NCBI RefSeq assembly: GCF_006345805.1
Contig: NC_043024.1
Span: forward strand, 7,378,001 to 7,442,000
DNA from: Octopus sinensis
Taxonomy: Eukaryota
Reading direction: 5' to 3'
DNA length: 64,000 nt
This document shows, piece by piece, positions 48,420 to 63,906 of this stretch (position 1 is its first letter; every line of letters begins with the position of its first letter). The translations under genes and the position numbers were made by a program. The notes below the pieces were generated by a model. The model had not been told where the DNA came from. It did not search any database and was given only the letters and a program-made list of their open reading frames with translations.

Positions 48420-48797
48420 TCTCTTTTTACTTGTTTCAGTCATTTGACTGCGGCCATGCTGGAGCACCGCCTGTAGTCGAGCAAATCGACCCCGGGACTT
48501 ATTCTTTGTAAGCCCAGTACTTATTCTATCGGTCTTTTTTGCCGAACCGCTAAGTGACGGGGACGTAAACACACCAGCATCGGTTGTCAAGCAATGCTAG
48601 GGGGACAAACACAGACACACAAACACACATACATATATACGACAGGCTTCTTTCAGTTTCCGTCTACCAAATCCACTCACAAGGCATTGGTCAGCCCGGG
48701 GCTATAGCAGAGGACACTTGCCCAAGATGCCACACAGTGGGACTGAACCCGGAACAATGTGGTTGGTTAGCAAGCTACTTACCACACAGCCACTCCT
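48420..48797 (-). mobile_element. SINE family A
   Basis: Full reverse copy. Confidence 0.9.
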
Positions 48798-49777
48798 TTG
48801 CTAGCAGAGAGGTAAGTCGCTACTATTTCTAGCAGTCAAGCGTCGTTCATTGACAAAACCAAGGAAGATTGAAATCACACGATCTGGTGGTCTTGACGCT
48901 GGAAGTGGTGGGATTTTATCTCCGCACCAGTAATATAATTGAGTGCATTTTGCACCAAAACATCTATATGAGAGCTTCTCTCATGGTATCTACCAAAGTA
49001 TAGTTTGTTCTAACAGAACATCCACTTGTAACGGTAGCGGTTACCAGTTGTAATGGCTAAGATTAGTTGTTATAATTGCTTATTGTAGGATGTGTAAGAT
49101 GGATAATGCATGAAGTTTTAAGGAAATATTTATTTACTTTCACGTGACAATACTTTGCCTCGATGGACAGGTTATGATAAATCCAAAAGCATGCGAAGTA
49201 AAGTTTGTGTTTATGTCCTCTTCATTGTTTAGTAGTAATTACAAATTACAGAGAGAGACTATCGGCGGTGTATTTTTCGTTTGTCACTGTTATTTATGAC
49301 ATCGTTCGTGCGTTTGTACTTGTTTTAAGGGATTTTAGGGTTAGGGTTTTAGAGTTAGGGTTCTGTCATAAATATCAGTGACAAACGAAATATACACCGC
49401 CAGAAGTTCTTGTTGACAAACAACAGCAGTAAGTGGCCAAAAGCCTGAATATTAAAAATCATACCGTCTTCCAGTGCGGAGCTTTGAAGTCGATACCGAA
49501 AAGAGTCTGAACAAGCAATTGTTTCTATATAAAGGAGGAACAAGGGTGTGAGAATAGTAGTGAAATGAAATTAGCACTAAAATAAGACAAGAAATACCAA
49601 TATGTCTAGAAAAAGAATAGTACGTATGATATCATATATATATATATACTCAAAATAAGCAACAAGAATGACTCCGGTAATTTGGTACAAGCGTTTCGTA
49701 CTACATCATTTTATTAAATGTTGTAAGTATTACAACAGATTTAAGATGCTGAGTACTCATCAGCCAATTATATATAT

Positions 49778-50845
49778 ACATCATCATTGTTTAACGTCCG
49801 CCTTCCATGCTAGCATAGGTTGGACGGTTCAGCTGGGGTCTGGGAAGCCAGAAGGCTGGACCTGACCCAATCTGATCTGGCAGTATTTCTACGGCTGGAT
49901 GCCCTTCCTAACGCCAACCACTCCGTGAGTGTAGTGGGTGCTTTTTACGTGCCACCGGCACAGGTGCCAGACGACGCTGGCAAACAGCCACAATCAGATG
50001 GTGCTTTTTACGTGCTACTGGCACAGAGGCCAGACGAGGCTGGCAATGGCCACAATCGGATAGTGCCTTTTACGATCCACCGGCACAGAGGCCAGTCGGG
50101 GCGGCACTGCCTACGGCCACATTCAGATGGTTCTCTTACGTGCCACCGGCACTGGTATCAGAGCTACAAATTCCATTGATCTTGATTTTGATTCTGATTC
50201 TCATTTGCCTCAACAGGTCTTCACAAGTAGAGTTTTATGTCCCAAGAAGGGAAGGTATGCATACGTAGGCTGGCTCCATCCCAGGTAAAGGCCACGAGTT
50301 ATGGCCTCACTTGTCCTGCTGGGTCTTCTCACGCACAGCATACTTCCAAAGGTCTCGGTCTCTAGTCATTGCCTCAGTGAGAACTAAAGTTTGAAGGTCG
50401 TGCTTCACCACCTCGTCCCAGATTTTCCTGGGTCTACCTCTTCCACAGGTTCCCTCAACCGCTAGGGTGTGGCACATTTTCACACAACTATCTTCATCCA
50501 TTCTTGCTACATGACCATACCAGCGCAAACGTCTCTCTTGCACTCCACAACTGAGGCTTCTTAGGTCCAACTTTTCTCTCAAGGTACTTACACTCTGTTG
50601 AGTATGAACACTGACATTACACACCCATTGGAGCATACTGGCTTCATTTCTTGCGAGCTTACGCATATCCTCAGCAGTCACGGTCCATGTTTCACTGCCA
50701 TGTAGCATGGCTGTTCGTACACATGCGTCATACAGTCTGCCTTTTACTCTGAGCGAGAGGCCTTTTGTCACCAGCAGAGGTAAGAGCTCTCTGAAATTTG
50801 CCTAGGCTATTCTTACTCTAGCAGCTACACTTTCAGCACACCCGC
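49778..50845 (-). mobile_element. RTE-clade LINE, 5'-truncated (ORF2 C-terminus, 3' UTR VNTR, GAT tail)
   Basis: KGRLYDACVRTAMLHGSETW...RRLRWYGHVARM...GRGRPRKIW. Confidence 0.92.
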
Positions 50846-51005
50846 CCCCGCTAGGCGTAGGAGTGGCTGTGTGGTAAGTAGCTTGCTTACCAACCACATG
50901 TTTCCGAGTTCAGTCCCACTGCGTGGCACCTTAGGTGAGTGTCTTCTACTATAGCCTCGGGCCGACCAAAGCCTTGTGAGTGGATTTGGTGAAGAAAAAA
51001 CTGCG

Positions 51006-51419
51006 GATCTTTTCGGTTTGAACGGCAATTTTTTCTAGCGGTGTCATATGAAATTGTCACCCATAATTTTGACCCTAGAATCGATCTATTGCATTTCAAT
51101 GTCTTTTAGGGTTAGGGTTAGGGGTGGGAGAAGGGTATCTTTTTTTCTTCACAAATGTAAATAAACCCAATCTGTTTCTTAAACGAGGGACATATTCATA
51201 CGGCACAGAATGTTTTCACCTCAATAGACGTCACTGATTGGTTGAAATTGCAGAAATTGAAGACAAAAAACAACAAATATCTTACAAACTATAGAATTTT
51301 CTCAATAAAGCCAAGAGAAAAAAATGTTTTATAAACACATTCTACCAGTATACGGAGTTTAAAATTTTTTAGTTACCTAGAAATTATGTTAAAAACTGCC
51401 GGTCAAACAGAAAAGGTCC
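51006..51419 (+). mobile_element. MITE with ~29-bp TIRs (GGATCTTTTC...) and internal TTAGGG repeats
   Basis: ggatcttttcggtttgaacggca...tgccggtcaaacagaaaaggtcc. Confidence 0.85.
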
Positions 51420-51509
51420 TCCAAGATAAATAGGGAAAATGAGTAGGGTGGAGATTAATGAAATGGAAAGAGGAATAAAGGAATGAGATGAAGAAAGAGA
51501 AGAAAGTTT

Positions 51510-51727
51510 GGATCTTTTCTGTTTGAACGGCAGTTTTTAACATAATTTCTAGGTAACTAAAAAATTTTAAACTTCGTATACAGGTAGAATGTGTTTATAA
51601 AACATCTTTTTCTCTTGGCTTTATTGAGAAAATTCTATAGTTTGTAAGATATTTGTTGTTTTTTTTTTCTTTAATTTCTGCAATTTCAACCAATCAATGA
51701 CGTCTATTGAGGTAAAAAAAACATTCT
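51510..51727 (-). mobile_element. Truncated inverted copy of the same MITE
   Basis: Reverse complement of about 51215-51419. Confidence 0.8.
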
Positions 51728-51775
51728 GCTAGAAACTCAGCTGGACTAAAAGCAAGATCTGTCAAAAGGACAAAT

Positions 51776-52187
51776 GGAATCTTTTCAGTTTGACCGGCAG
51801 TTTTTTAAAATAATTTCCACGTAACTAAACACTTTTAAACTTCGTATACTGGTAGAATGTGTTTAGAAAACATCTTTTTCTCTTGGTTTTATTGAGAAAA
51901 TTCTATAGTTTGTAAGATATTTGTTGTTTTTTTCTTCAATTTCTGCAATTTCAACCAATCAGTGACGTCTATTGAGGTAAAAGACATTCTGTGCCGTATG
52001 AATATGTCCCGCGTTTAAGAAACAGATTGGGTTTATTTACATTTGTGAAGAAAAAAAGATACCCTTCCCCCACTCCTAACCCTAAATGAGATTGAAATGC
52101 AATAGATCGATACTAGGGTCATAATTATGGGTGACAATTTCATATGACACCGCTAGAAAAAACTGCCGTTCAAACAGAAAAGGTCCT
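51776..52187 (-). mobile_element. Full inverted copy of the same MITE
   Basis: Reverse complement of 51006-51419. Confidence 0.85.
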
Positions 52188-52319
52188 CCGAGACAAATAG
52201 GGAAAATGAGAAGGTTGGAGATTAATGAAATGAAAAGAGGAATAAAGGAATGAGGTGAAGAAAGGTTTTTTGTTCAATGGATTTCATTTAATTGGAGAGA
52301 TGCAAGTCTGGAGAAGCTC

Positions 52320-52751
52320 CTAGGGCGATCTTTCGTCTCTAGTAGACCTTTCCGTCGAATTCCGTAAAAATTTTTTTTTTTTTACATATGGGCTTGCGGG
52401 AACTTTTGAAGTAATATACATACATATACACATACACCGAGTAAAAAAATTCAGTTATCTCTTTCTTTCACACATTACTCTGTCTCTTCACACACACTAA
52501 CAGAAGCACTTCACTTACACAACATACTGTCTGTCTCCCACACCCCATCAAACACACACACACATGTACATCAATGCTTCCCCTGGACGGTAACTTCAAA
52601 AGAACTTCCCTCGTCATACAATCGCTTTCTCTTAGTCTCTTTCGCTCTCATTACTTCAAAAGTTCCCGCAAGCCCATATGTAAAAAAAAATAAATTTTTT
52701 TACGGAAATCGACGGAAAGGTCTACTAGAGACGAAAGATTGCCGCTCCTAG
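52320..52751. mobile_element. MITE with ~95-bp TIRs
   Basis: 52321-52415 is the reverse complement of about 52650-52750; CTAG at both ends. Confidence 0.8.
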
Positions 52752-53159
52752 TAATATATATGAGTACACTTCGCTAAAATAATCTCGAGAAAATTGGAAA
52801 AAACTTGAAGGGAAGATATTTTCAGAATGGGACAAAAACCAAAAAGGGAATGGAACCAAACAGTCGCTAGTGTCATCTATTAGAGAATTGAAGAAATACA
52901 ATCGGATCAAGGGAAATAACTGCTACATCACTTCAACGAAGGTCCAATTAAATTCTTAATTAAGGTGTTTAATTTACTGATCGCTGACTCGCTGTTTATA
53001 TCTTAACGTGGTAAGTTGACAAAAGATTTTCTTAACGTTGTTATGGTAACAATAGTATTACTAATAGCAATGTAAATAATAGAATTATGTGAACCAGTTA
53101 CAGTAATTATTTTTCGAAGCGAAAACATTCGGAAATATATTTCATTGTCTTAAATGGAT

Positions 53160-53545
53160 GGAAGCACTCCGTCGGTTACGACGACGAGGGTTCCGGTTGA
53201 TCTGACCAACGGAACAGCCTGCTCGAGAAATTAACGTGTAAGTGGCTGAGCACTCCACAGACACGTGTACCCTTAACGTAGTTCTCGGGGATATTCAGCG
53301 TGTCACAGAGAGTGACAAGGCCGGCCCTTTGAAATACAGGTACAACAGAAACAGGAACTAAGAGTGAGAGAAAGTTGTGGTGAAAGAGTACAGCAGGGAT
53401 CACCACCATCCCCTGCCGGAGCCTCGTGGAGCTTTTAGGTGTTTTCGCTCAATAAACACTCACAACGCCCGGTATGGGAATCGAAACCGCGATCCTACGA
53501 CCGCGAGTCCGCTGCCCTAACCACTGGGCCATTTCGCCTCCACAT
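53160..53545 (-). mobile_element. SINE family C, full length
   Basis: tRNA-like head at 53545, full 3' end. Confidence 0.9.
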
Positions 53546-53561
53546 TGTCTTAAATAATAAC

Positions 53562-54269
53562 GGTACTACTAGCGAACAGCTAGTCGTAAGTAGTCGATCC
53601 TACAACGACTTTTTAAGCCTAACCTTTGTTTATAAAAATAATGTTTTCTTAGTTTAAAAAATTATTTACTTTGTTCGAAAAATATTTAATTTGTGTAAAA
53701 AGAATTATCTACTCTCTTTACTTGTTTCAGTCATTTGACTGCGGCCATGCTGGAGCACCGCCTTTAGTCGAGCAAATCGACCCCCGGGACTTATTCTTTG
53801 TAAGCCCAGTACTTATTCTATCGGTCTCCTTTGCCGAACCGCTAAGTGACGGGGACGTAAACGCACCAGCATCGGTTGTCAAGCAATGCTAGGGGGACAA
53901 ACACAGACACACAAACATATACACACACACTTATATATATATATATATACGACAGGCTTCTTTCAGTTTCCGTCTACCAAATCCACTCACAAGGCATTGG
54001 TCGGCCCGGGGCTATAGCAGAAGACACTTGCCCAAGATGTCACGCAGTGGGACTGAACCCGGAACCATGTGGTTCATTAGCAAGCCACTTACCACACAGC
54101 CACTCCTTTGTTTTAAAAAATTATTTACTTTGTTCGAAAAATATTATTTAATTTCCTTTGATCTGTATTCAGCCTTGAAATACAAACATATGCGCAAGTC
54201 GTTGTAGGATCGACTACTTACGACTAGCTGGTGCGGATGCACGCACCGGGACCACTTCGCTAGTAGTAC
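53562..54269. mobile_element. Inverted-repeat element (MITE-like) interrupted by SINE A (53712-54108, minus)
   Basis: ggtactactagcgaa and agctagtcgtaagtagtcgatcctacaacgactt at left have exact reverse complements at 54196-54269. Confidence 0.7.
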
Positions 54270-54489
54270 CAGTAATAACTTCCAAAATGAAATGTTGGTC
54301 GGTTGTTTATGAAAACCGATGACCGACAGTTACATGTGATATAAAGTAAATTAGTTAATTAAACGAGAGTAAAACAGCGTAATTAATTAGTAAAATGAGA
54401 GGAAACCGATTGATGAATACCACATTCATATATGTTGTTCTGTACTTTAGGAGTCACTGATAAAAACGGTAAGTTGACAAAGATTTCCT

Positions 54490-55460
54490 GTTTGCACTGA
54501 TAAGAGAAATGTGGAAGAAGAAAGATGTAGCGGAGCGATGGTGTATAGCCGAAGGTATCTATCTACCTGAAGGCGGTGAGCTGGCAGAATCGTTAGCACG
54601 CCGGACGAAATGCCTAGCGGTATTTTGTCTGCGTTACGTTGTGAGTTCAAATTCCGCCGAGGTCGACTTTGCCTTTCATCCTTTCGGGGTCGATAAATTA
54701 AGTACCAGTTAAGCACTAGGGTCGATGTAATCGACTTAATACCTATGTCTGTCCATGTTTATCCCCTCTATGTTTAGCCCCTTGTGGGTAATAAAGAAAT
54801 AGTATTTCGCCCGTCGCTACGTTCTGAGTTCAAATTCCGCTGAGGTCGACTTTGCCTTTCATCCTTTCGGGGTCGATAAATTAAGTACCAGTTACGCACT
54901 GGGGGTCGATGTAATCGACTTAATACCTATGTCTGTCTTTGTTTGTCCCCTCTATGTTTAGCCCCTTGTGGGTAATAAAGAAATAGGTATCTACCTAAAG
55001 AAAAAGAGGCAAAAACACTAGGCCAATTTATACCGATTTCACTACTAAATACAGACGGGAAAATCATGTTCGGAATAATTGGTAGACGAATCATAAGATT
55101 CGTACAGCATAACGGATACGTTAATGAAGCAATTCAAAAAGCAGGAATCCCTGGGTGCATAAAACACGCATTTTCCATCTGGGAAGCCATCACCTGTGCA
55201 AAACAAATGAAGAAAAACCTGTACATTGTTTGGCTAGATCTTGCCAAATGTTTATGGATCTGTTCCGCACGCAATAATAAAAACAGCGATGGACTTCTTT
55301 TGGATTCCAAAAGATGTTCAACGAAAGCTCATGTCGTACTACGACAACCTGAGGATGAGATTTACAGCAGGAAAGTTCACAACGGAGTGGCAACGGCTTG
55401 AAATAGGTATTGCAGCCGGATGCACGATATCAGTCATCTTATTCGTGCTAGTCATGGAAA
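54490..55460 (+). mobile_element. HERO/NeSL-like non-LTR RT fragment interrupted by a SINE B dimer
   Basis: REMWKKKDVAERWCIAEGIYLP|KEKEAKTLGQFIPISLLNTDGK...QKAGIPGCIKH...WLDLA..YGSVPH...GIAAGCTIS; SINE 54569-54987 with TSD TATCTACCT (54560-54568, 54988-54996). Confidence 0.8.
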
Positions 55461-55704
55461 TGTTTCATTCAGGCAGGAACTGAGTATTTCTCGAAAAGGA
55501 TAAAAGGCAAATTCGGCCTCGGTCTTATTTGAACTTGCCCCCGAGTGAATAAAATAATGATGGAAGCACATGTCCTCGACTTTGGGGGAAGGGATTAAGT
55601 CGATTCCATCGACCTCAATGCGAGCCCAAAAGGATGAAAAGTCGACCTCATCGGAATTTGTACGCGTAATCGAAACCGAATTGAACCAGCCAGGATCCCT
55701 GGTC

Positions 55705-56012
55705 TGGTGGTACGTAAAAAGCACCATCCGACTCGTGGCCGATGCCAGCACCGCCTCGACTGGCTTCTGTGCCGGTGGCACATAAAATACACCAATCCGA
55801 CCATGGCCGTTGCCAGCCTCACCTGGCACCTGTGCAGGTGGCACGTAAAAAGCACCCACTACACTCACGGAGTGGTTGGCGTTAGGAAGGGCATCCAGCT
55901 GTAGAAACATTGCCAGATCAGACTGGAGCCTGGTGCAGCCTTCTGGCTTCCCAGATCCCCGGTCCAACCCATGCTAGCATGGAGAACGGACGTTTAAAGA
56001 TGATGATGATGA
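55705..56012 (+). mobile_element. RTE-like LINE 3' UTR
   Basis: Family 3' end and GAT tail. Confidence 0.8.
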
Positions 56013-57304
56013 ACATAAAGACGGGCGAAATACCAATTTCTTTATTACCCACAGGGACAAAACAACCGTACTATTTAAGAAAAGTGGTCCCGGTGCGCGC
56101 ACTCACGCTTCTGCGATAGCTAGTCATGACTAGTCGATCCTACAACGACTACCTAGCAAAGTAAATAAAACAAAATAAATAATTTTTTTGCACAAAGGAA
56201 ATAATTTTGGATCTTTTCCTTTTGATAGCCAGATTTCAACACAATTTTCTAGTTAACTAAACACTTTAAAACTTCGTATACTGGTAGAATGTGTCAAAAG
56301 AAAACATTATTTTCACTTGGTTTTTTTGATAAATTTGTAATTTGTTTGTTTAACGTAGTTTAATTTTTCGAATTTTAACCAATCCTATGCTCTCTTTTGA
56401 GCTGAAATCATTTGCTGCATCTAAAAACTGAGACAACATCCTGTCCGATCTAAACAACGGCAGCAATTCGTTATCGATATTCATAAACAAACGAGGAGGG
56501 TTGAGTTGGCATGTGCTAGAAACAACAGCCATATCTCTTAAATCGATGAATTTCATCGCCCAATAAAAGTATTAACGATATTTTTTGAATATTTTCTTTC
56601 TTTTTTTTTTTACCAAAAAGGCTTCTCCCATGGTTTTGAAGGGCCAAAAACAACAAAAACAAAACTATAATATGCCTAAATCGGTCTAGAGTGGGATATG
56701 AGGGTGCGTGGAGTGTGGGTCGTATTGTAAAAATTTGCGAAATATTTTTTCATAAAAGGATGCCCCAGCTTGTCGGAGGCTGTGATATAAATTGGGAAAA
56801 AAATCCTTGACACCAGTGCGTAATTGGTACTTAATTTATCGACCCCGAAACGATAAAACATTGATCCCCCATTTCTGGTTTATTTACCTTTTGTGTAAAT
56901 TTGTTCCGGCAAGGGGACAAAGCATGAGAGACAAAAGTATTAAGTCGATTCTATCGACACCAGTGCATGCATGTGTAACTGGTACTTAATTTATCTCTAA
57001 CCCTAAACCTAAACCTACCCAAAGCTAGCGACCAATGCCCTCTTCTATATACTTCATCATCATCATCCTTGTCGTTTAACGTCTGCTTTAAATGATGGGA
57101 TAGGTTGGACGGCTTGATTGAAGGCTGGCAGATCAGGAGGCTGCACCAGGTTCCAAACTGATCTGGTAATGTTTCTACATTTGGATGCCCTTCCTAACAT
57201 CAACCACTCCGAGAGTTTACCGTGTGTTTATTATGTGACAGTGGCTTGCAGTCAGTCAGTCAGCACTGGCATCAACCACACTCGAATGCTGCTGCTTATT
57301 GTGT

Positions 57305-57690
57305 GTGGAAGCACTCCGTCGGTTACAACGATGAGGGTTCCAGTAGATCCGATCAACGGAACAGCCTGCTCGTGAAATCAACGTGTAAGTGGCTGAGCAC
57401 TCCACAGACATGTGTGCCCCTAACGTAGTTCTCAGGGATATTCAGCGTGACACAGAGAGTGACAAGGCCGGCCCTTTGAAATACAGGTACAACAGAAACA
57501 GGAAGTAAGAGTGAGAGAAAGTTGGGGTGAAAGAGTACAGCAGGGATCACCACCATCCCTGCCGGAGCCTCGTGGAGCTTTTAGGTGTTTTCGCTCAATA
57601 AACACTCACAATGCCCGGTCTGGGAATCGAAACCGCGATCCTACGACCGCGAGTCCGCTGCCCTAACCACTGGGCCATTGCGCCTCCACT
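57305..57690 (-). mobile_element. SINE family C, full length
   Basis: Matches 53160-53545. Confidence 0.9.
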
Positions 57691-57821
57691 GCTTATTATG
57701 TGCCACTGGCACAAGATCCAGTCAAGCAGTAAACCTTTCCATGCCTCAATGGATTCTGACCAGTGGAAACATGGACATTAAATGAATGACAGTGTCGATG
57801 TTGTAATATTTGCAATGTTGA

Positions 57822-58770
57822 AGGCAACGAGCTGGCAGAAACATTAGCACGCCTGGTGAAATGCTTAGCCGTATTTCGTCTGTCGTTACGTTCTGAATTG
57901 AAATTCCGCCAAGGTCGACTTTGCCTTTCATCCTTTCGGGGTCGATAAATTAAGTACCAGTTAAGCACTGGGGTCAATATAATCGACTTAATCTGTCTGT
58001 CGGTTCTTGACTGTCTCCTCTGTGTTTAGCCCCTTGTGAGTAGTAAAGAATTAGGTATTTCGTCTGTCGTTACGTTCTGAGTTCAAATTCCGCCGAGGTC
58101 GACTTTACCTTTCATCCTTTCGGGGTCGATAAATTAAGTACCAGTTACGCACTGGGGTCAATATAATCGACTTAATCTGTCTGTCGGTTCTTGACTGTCT
58201 CCTCTGTGTTTAGCCCCTTGTGAGTAGTAAAGAATTAGGTATTTCGTCTGTCGTTACGTTCTGAGTTCAAATTCCGCCGAGGTCGACTTTGCCTTTCATC
58301 CTTTCGGGGTCGATAAATTAAGTACCATTTACGCACTGGGGTCGATGTAATCGACTTAATCTGTCTGTCGGTTCTTGACTGTCTCCTCTGTGTTTAGCCC
58401 CTTGTGAGTAGTAAAGAATTAGGTATTTCGTCTGTTGTTACGTTCTGAGTTCAAATTCCGCCGAGGTCGACTTTGCCTTTCATCCTTTCGGGGTCGATAA
58501 ATTAAGTACCAGTTACACACTGGGGTCGATGTAATCGACTTAATACCTATGTCTTTCCTTGTTTGTCCTCTCTGTGTTTAGCCTCTTGTGGGTAGTAAAG
58601 AAATAGGTATTTCGTCTGTCTTTATATTCTGAGTTCAGATTCCGCCAAGGTTGATTTCTGTTTTATCCTTTCGAGGTCGATAAATTGAGTACCATTTGTA
58701 TACTGGGGTCGATCTAATTGTCTGTCCCCTCCTCATAAATTTTGGACCTTGTGCCTAGAGAAGAAAAGAA
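57822..58770 (+). mobile_element. SINE family B, head plus five tandem 184-bp units
   Basis: Units restart at 58054, 58238, 58422, 58606. Confidence 0.9.
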
Positions 58771-58827
58771 TATTTGCAATGTTGAATTACTAAGTCATTT
58801 AACTATCCTCTTTATCTCACCGAGTCT

Positions 58828-58842
58828 TTTTTTCTATTTCAG
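58828..58842 (+). other. Candidate splice acceptor of the second zinc-finger exon
   Basis: cttttttttctatttcAG ending at 58842. Confidence 0.45.
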
Positions 58843-58941
58843 AATATCACATCCTGTTGACATAAAAGAAATATCTTCATTCAGATGTGCCTTTGATAGT
58901 TTTATCAACTTTTATTGACTAAAGGAAGACGATATATTTAT

Positions 58942-59292
58942 AAGGAGCATTCATCATTACATCTACATTTTTATATAAAGAAAATCTACGATACAATATG
59001 GCAAAATATTTCTTCTGGATGATGGAATTAACAGCAACAATTTGAAGTCCTTGCTATCTGGAATATAGAGGAGATGATTGTTTTACAGGTTAATTAAGCT
59101 TGGATAACTTTACAAAGGAGCATTCATCAATACATCTACCTTTTTACTATAAAGAAAATCTACGACACAATATGGCAAAATATTTCTTCTGGATGATGGA
59201 ATTAACAGCAACAATTTGAAGTCCTTGCTATCTGGAATATAGAGGAGATGATTGCTTTCCAGGTTAATTAAGCTTGGATAACTTTACAAAGG
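58942..59292 (+). repeat. ~174-bp direct tandem duplication
   Basis: AAGGAG at 58942, 59115 and 59289 with matching intervening sequence. Confidence 0.9.
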
Positions 59293-59332
59293 AGTAGACA
59301 ATTGTCACCTCATGATTTAGATATTAAGCAAG

Positions 59333-62031
<2,699 letters not shown>

Positions 62032-62504
62032 AAATATCAATATCAAAATTTATTACAACTTATCAACAATTATGAGTTTTTTGTCTTCTACAAGACAAGG
62101 TTTATTCCTCTTCAAGCTTGATGTATTCAACTTCAATTTCATAAATATCAACTTCAGTATCATGGATATATCTAAATATATCAACACAATGAGAACTTTG
62201 ATGTTTGAAGAGGATTGTGCTGGAGTTTTTGAGGAATTTGTTGGGAGAGAATAAAAGAATGGGAATAATGAATAAAAGATTTAAGGGAAATTGATTTGGT
62301 CTTTGTTGTGTTTTCATCATCATCATCATCATCATCCTTTAACCTTAGTGCTCCTACCTCGTTTAAATAGTAAAACATCAGAGCTGTGGATAGCCCACCT
62401 ATATACCCACTGTGTACACTGACATATATGTACTTACTAAATTATATACGGATTTGTCCATCAAGTTATGCATACACCCACAAGTAACTGTCATCACATT
62501 CATA

Positions 62505-62856
62505 AAGAACTACACTCACTGCACGTATTCCACTGTTGACTGTAGACTTCAGATCCAGATGAACCGAAAGAAAGTTCTGAGTAAGGTGAAGAGTAATTAA
62601 TAACACGGATGGGCTGTTGTTCACTACAGCTGTTTCAAACATGTTCTCTACTGATAAACAAAAGTGTTACATTCTGCAAGAAGAACTACACTCACTGCAC
62701 GTATTCCACTATTGACTGTAGACTCCAGATCCAGATGAACCAAAAGAAAGTTCTGAGTAAGGTGAAGAATAATTAATAACACGGATGGGCTTTTGTTCAC
62801 TACAGCTGTTTCAAACATGTTCTTTACTGATAAACAAAAGTGTTACATCCTGCAAG
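62505..62856 (+). repeat. 176-bp direct tandem duplication
   Basis: aagaactacactcactgcacg...tgcaag at 62505 and 62681. Confidence 0.9.
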
Positions 62857-63315
62857 ACAACCATTTCAATCAGGTGAATAAAGGTAAGAATTAGCAATTA
62901 GAACTTCTCAGAAAACAGAACATAATGCCAGGTGACTCAATTGACCTGCTTTTGCCCGATGAGTGATTAGCTGCTAGAATGTGGGGGGGGGGGTAGGAGA
63001 CGAGACAAGGTGAGAGAGAAAAGGAAGGGAGAAAATAGGGGAAGCTATGATATAGTTTCATCTTATAAGGTGCTAAATGATGAAACCAAGGTTCGGAAAT
63101 ATAATTTATATTGTTTCTCATGATTTGTCATTGTAAATAGGAAAGTTTTTATTGCGTTCAACTTTCTTACTTTAAGGGGGAGAATGTTATGTATATCTAT
63201 AATCTGCAAATAACGAGAAAATATAATGAAAGGAGAGAGCTTACAATATTTTCTGAATGAGGAGAGGTATAACGACCTTTTGGCAGAATTGAAATGACGT
63301 AGGAATGTATGTATG

Positions 63316-63376
<61 letters not shown>

Positions 63377-63466
63377 TCAATATAGGGTAGCAAAAAATTC
63401 AATAGAAATTTATCGCCACCAGCGGTCTAGTGAGAAAGAGAAAATAGTCATAGACTATATATATAA

Positions 63467-63906
63467 ATTCAACAACAATTGAGGAATGGCCTTAATAGGC
63501 CATTCGACCCACTAGAAAGAGCAGCCAGGACTCAAACCGCCAAGTAGTAGTAATTCAGAAATTAAAGGAAAATTTAAAAACATTTACCCTAATTCATCTT
63601 TAGACAATGCATTGTTTCAGTGTTTTTAATGGCAAACCAGCTTAATTAAATTATATCTGTATATCTGTCTCTCCTGGCTTCTTTACCGATGAGGTGTAGC
63701 CTTTGGTGGATTGACTTAATTTAATTTAATTAAGCTGGTTTGCCATTAAAAACACTGAAACAATGCATTGTCTAAAGATGAATTAGGGTAAATGTTTTTA
63801 AACTTTCCTTTAATTTCTGAATTACTACTACTTGGCGGTTTGAGTCCTGGCTGCTCTTTCTAGTGGGTCGAATGGCCTATTAAGGCCATTCCTCAATTGT
63901 TGTTGA

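Noticed and set aside
63680-63715. Hammerhead-like CCGATGAG in the palindrome spacer
   Set aside because: No downstream GAAA or stem II
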